64,000 bases of DNA from Planctomycetota bacterium. Lineage in GTDB: Bacteria; Planctomycetota; UBA1135. Below are positions 35,784 to 43,512 of the stretch, one piece after another (position 1 is the first letter of the stretch; each line of letters begins with the position of its first letter). Location: NCBI GenBank assembly GCA_026421205.1, contig JAPKBM010000001.1, positions 1,893 to 65,892 on the forward strand, written 5' to 3'. A program made the position numbers and the translations under genes. The notes below the pieces were generated by a model, which was given only the letters and a program-made list of their open reading frames with translations, had not been told where the DNA came from and did not search any database.

Positions 35784-36569
35784 TCACTTTACAAAAAGCT
35801 TCTCATAAAGAACTTTTACAATCTCGCCGGAGTATTTGACACCTTTCATCGCCCAGCCCAAGGGGCCACGGGGCCCGTAACGATGCAAAATCACCCGCCA
35901 AGAGTCCAAGCCCGCCACCCGATTTCGGCTAATGGAATCTCCATGCATATGGAAAATGACAAGGGGCCCACCAGGCAAATAACGTACTTTTTTCCCTTGG
36001 GTTAAAAACTTTAAGAAAAAATCAATGTCTATTTTCTTCTTAAGACTTGCGTCGTAGTTCCCGACGCTCAAAGCCGTTTCTTTCCGATAGGCAGAGCCAG
36101 AATGCTTGAAAGGAAGGCGGGGAAGAATCAAGGTAGCCAATGCCATGACACGGTTGCTCCGCCAAGAACGATAAGAGCGCACCGAAGTTGCGCCGTCAGA
36201 GCGACGGGACTCAATATCTCCATAAAGTAAATCTAACTCCGGGTCGGCCTCAAAAGCCTTGGAAATCCTAGAAAGGGCGCCGTCGGCAAGCAAGTCGTCC
36301 GAATCTAGAATCACAATGATGGGGAAGCTGGCCAACTCAACACCCACACGACGCGCCTCACCGACGCCAGATTGTGCCTGGAAATAGACGCGCGCCTGAG
36401 GATGCTGTTCCCCCCACTGCTTGAGCCAGGTTCGCGTTTCTTCTTTCGAGCCGTCGTCAACCACCAAGATTTCCAGTGCGGGCCATTCTTGCGTGACGAC
36501 ACTTTGCAAGGCCTTTTGGAGGTAATCCAAACGGTTATGCGAGGCTACGGAAACGGTAATGGCTTTCAT
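35784..36569 (-). CDS. Glycosyltransferase family 2 (GT-A)
   Basis: ITVSVASHNRLDYLQKALQSVVTQEWPALEILVVDDGSKEETR and the DxD region VILDSDDLL. Confidence 0.85.
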   Translation of the reverse strand: MKAITVSVASHNRLDYLQKALQSVVTQEWPALEILVVDDGSKEETRTWLKQWGEQHPQARVYFQAQSGVGEARRVGVELASFPIIVILDSDDLLADGALSRISKAFEADPELDLLYGDIESRRSDGATSVRSYRSWRSNRVMALATLILPRLPFKHSGSAYRKETALSVGNYDASLKKKIDIDFFLKFLTQGKKVRYLPGGPLVIFHMHGDSISRNRVAGLDSWRVILHRYGPRGPLGWAMKGVKYSGEIVKVLYEKLFVK

Positions 36570-36693
36570 GGCTCCTAAGTCTTGGTCAGGAAATAGGTTA
36601 GGGTCTCTTCGTTTTCAGTGCAATCTCCAATTCTCCTGTATACTAACCATGGGTGTTGGTTTGATTCCTAGCCATCCTCATCTCTCTAAAATC

Positions 36694-38871
36694 ATGTACA
36701 AATTCCTGACCCTCTCTCTTTGTGTATTTGGCCTCTTAGCCGAACTCCCCGCCCAAAATGGACAAACCGCAAACGTTAGCTGGACCACAGATGGTGCTGT
36801 CAATTTTGAGGGTTTGGGCCGCCGGCTCTACGTTCCGGATGACCTCAACGGAGATGGTATTCGTGACCTTCTATCTGTAAACCCGCACGCCTCCACTAAT
36901 CTTCTCTCAGACAATGGTGCCATCCAGGCCATCTCAGGCAGCAGTGGGGATCTTCTCTGGAGATTAGACGGCGCCTATGACGGCCAACAGTTAGGGATTA
37001 ACCTTCCACGAGTCGAGGACCTGGATGGAGATGGTGTCCGTGATATGGTCACCATTACAAGCACAGCTTCCATGAATGGATTTATTCGAAACGGGTACGC
37101 CCAAGCCATATCAGGAACGACCGGTACCCTTATTTGGCAAAAATTCGGAATGTCTGACGGAGAAGAGTTAGGGACCTCTTACGCCAACGTAGCCGATATC
37201 AACGGAGACGGATCCCCGGAACTTGTCGTTGGCTCCGCCACCGCTTCCAGCATGGGCCTCAACCGTAATGGATATGTAGAAATGATTTCTGGCCGCTGGG
37301 GATTCACGGTTTGGCGCGTCAACGGTACGGCAGACTCGGAAGGTATTGGCGCTTATGTTGCACGCGTGGAAGACTTAAACGGTGACGGCATTGCTGACGT
37401 CCTTGCAGCCAACTCTGAATTCAGTTCCAACTCGCTCTACCACAACGGCATGGTCATGGCTATTTCCGGTCAAACCGGGCAGATCCTCTGGCAAACAACA
37501 GGGGCTCATGACAATGCATTGCTAGGTCAAAATGCAGAGAGCCTTCCCGACGTGAATGGAGACGGCGTGGACGACATCCTTGTTCTCAACCCAGATGGCT
37601 TCGGCACATGGCTTTCTGAAAACGGAAGCACCGTAGTTCTTTCAGGCGCCGATGGAAGCCAGCTCTGGAAATTCGAAGGATTCTTTAATGGAGAGCGCTT
37701 CGGAATGACTTGGATGCAGGTTGAAGACATGGATATGGACGGTGTCGGCGACATCGTTCTCGGTAGTCCAGAAGCTGACGCCATGGGCCTTCCAAGCTCT
37801 GGGCACGTCACAGCACTTTCCGGTGCGAATGGCATGATGATCTGGCAGCGCTCCGGAATGTATATGTATGGCCGCTACGGAGAAACTATCTTTGACGCCG
37901 GGGACATTAACGGAGACGGATTTGGTGATATTGTCATGGCCAGCCCAGCTGCTTCTACCGGAAGTTTTTGGAACCCTCTGACCGACAATGGTTTAGTAGA
38001 AGCCATTTCCGGAATGGGCGGCTATCCACTTTGGGTTGCCACAGGATCCATCTCTGGGGCTCACCTAGGAAACGCCATGATTGTTGCTGAAGACGTCAAC
38101 GGAGATGGATTCAAAGACTTCCTCTCCGGAAGTGGACTTGCTGATTCCGGAAACTTCGCCAACAATGGTGAAATCATGGCTATCTCTGGAATGGGTGGGT
38201 ATCCACTCTGGAGCACACAGGGTGACTCCAATGACGCTCACTTGGGTACAAATATCCGAATGATCAATGACCTTGACGGAGATGGAGTGGAAGAAGTTCT
38301 GTCTTGGGTCACCTACGCAGATACGGGCGACCTCATTAACAATGGTTCGGTGCGCGCACACAACGGTGCAACCGGTGCAGAACTTTGGCGCCACGATGGT
38401 AGTACCAATGACATGCGCATGGGTGATGCAGTCACCATGGGGGATGACTTTGACTTTGACGGCTTTGACGACATCTACGTCGCAAGCTCCGAAGCAGACT
38501 CCAATGGCTTGGCCGATAACGGTCGCGTCGTCGGGATCTCATCCGGCTTAGGAACAGCATTTACTGTCAGCGGCCTTACCGCGGGCGCTGACGCCAACCT
38601 CATGGCAACAGGCCTGACGCCTGGCGCCACCGCGTACTTCCTGGCCTCTACAGCAGGAGCAGGGACGACTTACCACCCACGCGGCTTCCCCATCGCCCTC
38701 AAAGAGCCCATCATGACCATCGGTGTGGCCACCGTAGATTCCAATGGCAATACGTCAACCTCCGTTTCTGTTCCAACAGGAACCAAGGACATTCAGGTTT
38801 GGATGCAGGTTCTCACAGTCAATGGGCGCGAAATAGGCCGCTCCCACTTAGTCAATCATGTGATTGAATAG
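36694..38871 (+). CDS. Secreted FG-GAP / integrin-alpha-like repeat protein (10 Ca-binding-loop repeats)
   Basis: ATG at 36694 gives MYKFLTLSLCVFGLLAELPAQNG, a signal peptide. There are ten D-x-[ND]-x-D-G loops about 55-60 aa apart: DLNGDGIRD, DLDGDGVRD, DINGDGSPE, DLNGDGIAD, DVNGDGVDD, DMDMDGVGD, DINGDGFGD, DVNGDGFKD, DLDGDGVEE, DFDFDGFDD. Each is preceded by [AI]ISG..G..LW. The C-terminal domain is about 110 aa. Confidence 0.85.
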   Translation: MYKFLTLSLCVFGLLAELPAQNGQTANVSWTTDGAVNFEGLGRRLYVPDDLNGDGIRDLLSVNPHASTNLLSDNGAIQAISGSSGDLLWRLDGAYDGQQLGINLPRVEDLDGDGVRDMVTITSTASMNGFIRNGYAQAISGTTGTLIWQKFGMSDGEELGTSYANVADINGDGSPELVVGSATASSMGLNRNGYVEMISGRWGFTVWRVNGTADSEGIGAYVARVEDLNGDGIADVLAANSEFSSNSLYHNGMVMAISGQTGQILWQTTGAHDNALLGQNAESLPDVNGDGVDDILVLNPDGFGTWLSENGSTVVLSGADGSQLWKFEGFFNGERFGMTWMQVEDMDMDGVGDIVLGSPEADAMGLPSSGHVTALSGANGMMIWQRSGMYMYGRYGETIFDAGDINGDGFGDIVMASPAASTGSFWNPLTDNGLVEAISGMGGYPLWVATGSISGAHLGNAMIVAEDVNGDGFKDFLSGSGLADSGNFANNGEIMAISGMGGYPLWSTQGDSNDAHLGTNIRMINDLDGDGVEEVLSWVTYADTGDLINNGSVRAHNGATGAELWRHDGSTNDMRMGDAVTMGDDFDFDGFDDIYVASSEADSNGLADNGRVVGISSGLGTAFTVSGLTAGADANLMATGLTPGATAYFLASTAGAGTTYHPRGFPIALKEPIMTIGVATVDSNGNTSTSVSVPTGTKDIQVWMQVLTVNGREIGRSHLVNHVIE

Positions 38872-38891
38872 GGGGTATCACCCTTTTTCCC

Positions 38892-38929
38892 AGAGAGCCG
38901 CTTTCTTCGGAGAGCGGCTCTCTTCTTTT
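38892..38929 (+). terminator. Rho-independent terminator after the FG-GAP gene
   Basis: AGAGAGCCGCTTTC (38892-38905) / TTCG loop / GAGAGCGGCTCTCT (38910-38923). The stem is 14 bp with one G-U pair, followed by TCTTTT. Confidence 0.75.
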
Positions 38930-38958
38930 AAGGCCAACGCCCCTTTACGATTCTCAAG

Positions 38959-39741
38959 ATGGTCGCACCCAAGCACCCCTGGAACCCCAAAGTTCAACGA
39001 GGACTCGTGGGAATCGTGCGCGCATGGGTGGCCCTTCCTCTGTGCATTCTCTGGTGTTTTCTTTGGCTCATTCCAATGACTCTTGTTTCTTTTATCCCTC
39101 CCCTCTGGAGGAAATGGATGGGGTGGATGGCCCGCGCTTGGGGGCAGGTTCCCCTCCTCTTGTGTGGGGTGAAAATCATCACGATCGGAAAAGAACACCG
39201 AAATATTAAGGGAGCCAAAATCCTTCTTCCGAACCACGTCAACCTTTTTGATCTCTTCGTCCTATCTTCCGTCTGGCAAATAGACACTTCCGTTGTCTTC
39301 AAAAAAGAGTTCTTAAAAATACCCCTCATGGGCAAAGTGATGGTTTCTTTAGGCATGCTCCCCATTGATCGAAGCGACCGCAAAGCGGCTATTCAAAGTC
39401 TTCGGAGTCTTTCCCAACAGGTTCGCGACGAAGAGCGCGCCGTTCTCATGTTTCCCGAAGGGACGCGCTCCAAAAATGGAAACGTACAAACGTTCAAGAA
39501 GGGAGCCTTTCATATTGCCCTTCAAACAAAGGCTCCGCTCCTCCCCATCTTGACCCAAGGCATGCATCAAATCATGCCGGAGGGCAGTTTTGTTGCTTAT
39601 TCCGGCACCATTCGCATGGTCTACCTTCCCCTCATTCCAACCGATTCATGGGCACCCAGCAACATGGATGAGAACATCAAAGAAGTACGAAGGCAATTTT
39701 TAGATTGGCTACCAGGCGCACCCAACGAAACGGGCCATTAA
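38959..39741 (+). CDS. plsC: 1-acyl-sn-glycerol-3-phosphate acyltransferase (LPLAT family)
   Basis: H-x4-D motif LPNHVNLFDLF. FPEGTRSKNG. IALQTKAPLLPI. Confidence 0.8.
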   Translation: MVAPKHPWNPKVQRGLVGIVRAWVALPLCILWCFLWLIPMTLVSFIPPLWRKWMGWMARAWGQVPLLLCGVKIITIGKEHRNIKGAKILLPNHVNLFDLFVLSSVWQIDTSVVFKKEFLKIPLMGKVMVSLGMLPIDRSDRKAAIQSLRSLSQQVRDEERAVLMFPEGTRSKNGNVQTFKKGAFHIALQTKAPLLPILTQGMHQIMPEGSFVAYSGTIRMVYLPLIPTDSWAPSNMDENIKEVRRQFLDWLPGAPNETGH

Positions 39742-40601
39742 GACGGCCAACGCACTTTGCCCACAATGCGGAATGGCTTGCCTCCTTCCACACAATTGTA
39801 GGGCTCCAAATCCGTCACGCCGGCTAAAGCCAAAGCTTCTTCGTCTAAAAATGCCTTCCCGGTGATTTCTTTGGCCTCAGCAGCTAACAACGCCAAGAGA
39901 GCATCGGCCATGACTTCGGGTTTACGCCACATTTCTGGGGTGCCCATGCCATGGTTGATGGTTGCCTGTGACTCCACCATCGTGGCCGGCCAGAAGGAAG
40001 CCGTGGTAATGCCTGCGTCTTTCAATTCCACGGCTAAGCCCATGGTCATGATAGTTTGGCTTAATTTTGAAATCCCGTAGCCCAACTTTCCGGGGAGGAA
40101 TCCGAAATCTAGTGGAGGGGAAACGGTGAAAATCCACCCACCGTCTTTCATGACGCCAGCCGCAAGCCGAGCCGCCAAAAAAGACGCGCGAATGTTGACC
40201 TCATGCACAAGGTCAAAACGTTTTGCCGGCGTGTCCTGAATGGGTCCCACCCACAAAGCACCAGCATTGTTGATTAAAATATCTAGGCGGCCGAAACAGT
40301 CCATTGCCATGCTTATCATGGCCTCCACGTCCTCTTCCTTACGAAGATTTGTTTTTACTGCCGATGCCTTCCCGCCAATGGCTTCAATCTCTGCTACGGT
40401 TTCATGAATACTTCCGGGAAGGCTGTCTCTGGAGTGTTCACTTTTTGCAGCAACCACCACGGAACAACCGGCTTCGGCTAAGCGAAGGGCCATGGCCTTG
40501 CCCAATCCCCGACTGGAGCCGGTGACGATCGCAACTTTCCCCTCTAAATCAGGAAGAGGAACAAGACTTGGACTGAGCAACATTTTTTTTGATGCGCTCA
40601 T
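39738..40601 (-). CDS. SDR-family oxidoreductase (HSDL2-like subgroup)
   Basis: KVAIVTGSSRGLGKAMALRLAEAG (TGxxxGxG), AAKSEHSRDSLPGSIHETVAEIEAIGGKA, NNAG, YGISK (YxxxK). 4-nt overlap with the fadD stop. Confidence 0.85.
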   Translation of the reverse strand: MSASKKMLLSPSLVPLPDLEGKVAIVTGSSRGLGKAMALRLAEAGCSVVVAAKSEHSRDSLPGSIHETVAEIEAIGGKASAVKTNLRKEEDVEAMISMAMDCFGRLDILINNAGALWVGPIQDTPAKRFDLVHEVNIRASFLAARLAAGVMKDGGWIFTVSPPLDFGFLPGKLGYGISKLSQTIMTMGLAVELKDAGITTASFWPATMVESQATINHGMGTPEMWRKPEVMADALLALLAAEAKEITGKAFLDEEALALAGVTDLEPYNCVEGGKPFRIVGKVRWPS

Positions 40602-42295
40602 CCCTTCGCAATTTCCTCATCGCGAAGGACGCGACGTAAAAGTTTCATCATGGCCGACTTCGGCAGCTCCTCTCTGAATTCATACGAGCGCGGAACCTTA
40701 TAGGCTGCCATTTGCTCGCGGCACCAGGCATCCAAAATAGCTTCTGTTCCGGATTCACCCTCTTGGAGGACAACAAAAGACTTCACGGTTTCACCACGTT
40801 TTTCGTCGGGGACTCCAATGGTGCAAGCCTCCGAAACCGCCGGGTGATTGCAAAGAACCCGGTCAATTTCATCTGGGTAAATATTGTACCCACCTGCCAA
40901 AATCATGTCTTTCTTCCGGCCGACAATACGCAAGAACCCATCCTCATCTTGAATAGCCAGGTCGCCTGTGTATAGCCAGTCATTCCGAATCATATTTGCC
41001 GTCTCGTCGGGCTGTTGCCAATAACCCTTCATGATTTGTGGCCCACGCAAAATCAACTCTCCCTCGGTGCCGACGGGCAAATCGGTAACGCCATCCTCGG
41101 GGTCCACAATGCGAACATCCGTACTGGAAATGGGAATACCAATATGGCCAATCTTCCGTGTTCCGAGTAACGGATTCACTGTAGCCACCGGGGAAGTTTC
41201 TGTTAAACCGAAGCCCTCCACAATTTTAGCCCCGGTCAAGGTCTCAAAACGAACCTGCACATCCTCGGTCAAAGGAGCTGATCCAGAGAAACAGGATTTC
41301 ACCGAGGAAAGGTCGAGTCGGTCGATACCTGGAAACTGATTGATTGCGTGGAACATGGCCGGAACGGCAGGAAAAAGTGAAATTTTGTGCTTCACAATGT
41401 TCTTCACCATAGTGGGAATGTCTCGAGGGTTTGGCATAAGAACAATGCCTGCCGCGGCACGGACAGGCCAGCACATGCAAACCGTCAGTCCAAAAATATG
41501 GAAATACGGCAATGCAGACAAAAGCGTCTCTTCCCCCTCTTGCACTTCACTAAACCATGCATGAATTTGCTGCACGTTACTGGACAGATTTCGGTGGGTC
41601 AGCATGGCACCCTTAGAGACACCCGTTGTCCCCCCCGTGTACTGGATACAAGCGACATCATCCAAAGTGATTTCTACGGAAGGGACCGAGGGCGGGGTGG
41701 ATTTCACGAGATCCGAGAAAAAAGAAATTCCTTGGCCTGCCGCAACCTTTGCAATACTTGGCGCAGGCTGTGTCTTTTTCAGTTTAAGCGGAGCCAACAA
41801 GTTAAGAGGGAATTTCAGGTATTCCGGAATCGACGCAATGATGTAATTCTTCACGGGGACCTTGCTCCGCATATCCTTAATTTTCTGCTCATATATAAAG
41901 TCGGCAACAATAGCCACTTCGACCTCAGCATCATTCCATTGGTGCTCAATTTCACGAGGCATATAAAGTGGATTGGTCATCACCACTTGTCCGCCCAACT
42001 TCAAAATAGCAAAGAAAGCGATGGCTGTTTGTGGGAGGTTTGGCAACTGAACGGCCACGCGTGAGCCTTGCTTTACTCCGATGCCAGACAAGGCCGTAGC
42101 AAAACGGTCAACGTGATCCCCAAATTCCTTGTAACTCAAAGATCGATTCATGAAGACCAAAGATCTTTTATTCGGATGTTTCTGAACGGACTCTTCAAAA
42201 TAGTCCACAACCGTCTTTTCCTCAAAATCCAGCGTTACAGGAACCCCTGAGTCGTAAAATTGATGCCAAATGCGTTTTTCCATCTCGGCTAGCAT
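40598..42295 (-). CDS. fadD: Long-chain-fatty-acid--CoA ligase
   Basis: Trimmed to ATG 42293-42295 (MLAEMEKRIWHQFYDSGVP), or ATG 42281-42283. AMP-binding motif IQYTGGTTGVSKGAMLTHRN. GFGLTETSP, YTGDLA, GRKKDMILAGGYNIYP. Confidence 0.9.
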   Translation of the reverse strand: MLAEMEKRIWHQFYDSGVPVTLDFEEKTVVDYFEESVQKHPNKRSLVFMNRSLSYKEFGDHVDRFATALSGIGVKQGSRVAVQLPNLPQTAIAFFAILKLGGQVVMTNPLYMPREIEHQWNDAEVEVAIVADFIYEQKIKDMRSKVPVKNYIIASIPEYLKFPLNLLAPLKLKKTQPAPSIAKVAAGQGISFFSDLVKSTPPSVPSVEITLDDVACIQYTGGTTGVSKGAMLTHRNLSSNVQQIHAWFSEVQEGEETLLSALPYFHIFGLTVCMCWPVRAAAGIVLMPNPRDIPTMVKNIVKHKISLFPAVPAMFHAINQFPGIDRLDLSSVKSCFSGSAPLTEDVQVRFETLTGAKIVEGFGLTETSPVATVNPLLGTRKIGHIGIPISSTDVRIVDPEDGVTDLPVGTEGELILRGPQIMKGYWQQPDETANMIRNDWLYTGDLAIQDEDGFLRIVGRKKDMILAGGYNIYPDEIDRVLCNHPAVSEACTIGVPDEKRGETVKSFVVLQEGESGTEAILDAWCREQMAAYKVPRSYEFREELPKSAMMKLLRRVLRDEEIAKG

Positions 42296-42297
42296 AG

Positions 42298-42330
42298 CGC
42301 AAGCCCCAAGGGAAAACCTTGGGGCTTGCG
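42298..42330. other. Perfect 14-bp stem / 5-nt loop hairpin immediately upstream of the fadD start
   Basis: CGCAAGCCCCAAGG (42298-42311) / GAAAA / CCTTGGGGCTTGCG (42317-42330). On the plus strand it is followed by GTTTCTTGG. On the fadD (minus) mRNA it ends 2 nt before the ATG at 42295. Its function is unknown. Confidence 0.4.
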
Positions 42331-42550
42331 GTTTCTTGGCCAGACGAATTACTGAATTGTCCTTGACGAGATATTTGAAACTTCGCCCATTTGAACAGCC
42401 TGAAGCCAAGGGATTACGCCGGCAGACCCCGCTGGAATAGGCAAGTGCCAAGTGGCGGCACCGGAAACATTTGTATTCTGACTTGTCCCGGCCTGCTGAG
42501 GGCTGGAGATACCCAACGTCACGCCCAATTGAGCCCTTTAGACTTCCTCT

Positions 42551-43069
42551 GTGCACCCCTCCCGCCTTCCCCTAGAGGAGCTCCTCAAGCAAACTCGCCG
42601 TGAAAATACGCGGGCTTCGGGCCCAGGCGGACAACACCGCAATCGTGTCGCCACTGCTGTTCGCTTGACCCATACTGAAACTGGAATCATGGGCCAAGCT
42701 AATGAGCGTCGTTCCCAAAAAAGAAATGCGGAAGTGGCACTCTTCCGATTACGAATCAACCTCGCGCTTCACTTTCGTCCTCCATTGCGTGATGATGATT
42801 TTTTGAAAAGCTTCTCCCCCTCGGACGCCTGGGAAAAGCGTCGGCGAGGAACAAAAATAAAAGTCAATGGGGAGCACGATGACTTTCCAGCGATTTTAGC
42901 CGAAGTTTTGGATCAACTGTCGGTTCAAAAAGACAACCTGGCTAAAACGGCGATTGATTTTTCGGTGACGACTTCGCAATTGATTCGATTCCTTGGTATA
43001 GATCCTCACGCTCTGCATGCGGTAAACGAGCGCCGGAAAATCCTTGGGATAAATCCTCTAAGAATCTAG
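42551..43069 (+). CDS. GGQ-motif peptidyl-tRNA hydrolase domain protein (ArfB / class-I release-factor-like)
   Basis: GTG start. RASGPGGQHRNRVATAVRLTH and RSQKRNAEVALFRL. The C-terminal ~100 aa does not resemble the short basic ArfB tail. Confidence 0.7.
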   Translation: MHPSRLPLEELLKQTRRENTRASGPGGQHRNRVATAVRLTHTETGIMGQANERRSQKRNAEVALFRLRINLALHFRPPLRDDDFLKSFSPSDAWEKRRRGTKIKVNGEHDDFPAILAEVLDQLSVQKDNLAKTAIDFSVTTSQLIRFLGIDPHALHAVNERRKILGINPLRI

Positions 43070-43446
43070 CGAATCCAACGCCCTGCACCCATTCCAAGAA
43101 AAGCGCATAATATTCCGACTCCATTGCTCAATAGAATATTTCCCGTTGCAGCAAGCCAAGCTCCATCCTTAAGGAACAAGCTACTATCCGCCGCAAACGT
43201 GGAAAATGTTGTGAACGCACCCAAAAATCCGACCAACAAAAAGAAACGAAGCTCTTGAGAAAGAATATTTTGGCCCTCGGCAAGAGACCAAACAAAACCA
43301 AAGACAAGGCAACCCAAAGCATTGACGGCCATGGTCCCGAATGGAAACTCTGAGCCAGTACTTCCCTGAATCAGATGAGTCAGGCCGTAACGGGCCAACG
43401 TTCCCGCCGCACCTGCAACCGCAAGAAGAATAATCCTTGTAAGCAC
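43066..43446 (-). CDS. crcB: Fluoride ion channel CrcB/FluC
   Basis: 126 aa, 4 TM helices. AGAAGTLARYGL, GTMAVNALGCLVFGF, LLVGFLGAFTTFSTF. GTG start. Confidence 0.9.
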   Translation of the reverse strand: MLTRIILLAVAGAAGTLARYGLTHLIQGSTGSEFPFGTMAVNALGCLVFGFVWSLAEGQNILSQELRFFLLVGFLGAFTTFSTFAADSSLFLKDGAWLAATGNILLSNGVGILCAFLGMGAGRWIR

Positions 43447-43512
43447 GCTATAAGCCTAAGGATTCCCAGATGACCTGGCTAGAGGACCGAAAACCGGACC
43501 TGGATTGAAATC

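Noticed and set aside
9275-38871. The surface-polysaccharide region as a horizontally acquired island inserted between fatty-acid genes (fadE/I/J on the left, plsC/SDR/fadD on the right)
   Set aside because: I saw no integrase, transposase, tRNA target, flanking direct repeats or obvious compositional break. The split of the fad genes is suggestive only.
42296-42556. 87-codon N-terminal extension of fadE-neighbour fadD (track start GTG 42556). Also the extensions of fadJ (7125), the VWA protein (57562), the AP-superfamily gene (29855) and the FG-GAP gene (36559)
   Set aside because: The extensions are Arg/Cys/Gly-rich and unlike the family N-termini. Internal ATGs give canonical N-termini or signal peptides, and in four cases create ATGA overlaps with the upstream stop. 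One stop-free stretch of this length is expected by chance among about 55 genes (my rough estimate is about 2% per gene).
43447-43512. Fluoride riboswitch (crcB motif) upstream of crcB
   Set aside because: I inspected the 66-nt leader on the minus strand. It contains only an imperfect GGTCCGGTTTTCGGTCC hairpin and nothing resembling the conserved crcB-motif core as I remember it. An Infernal scan would be decisive.
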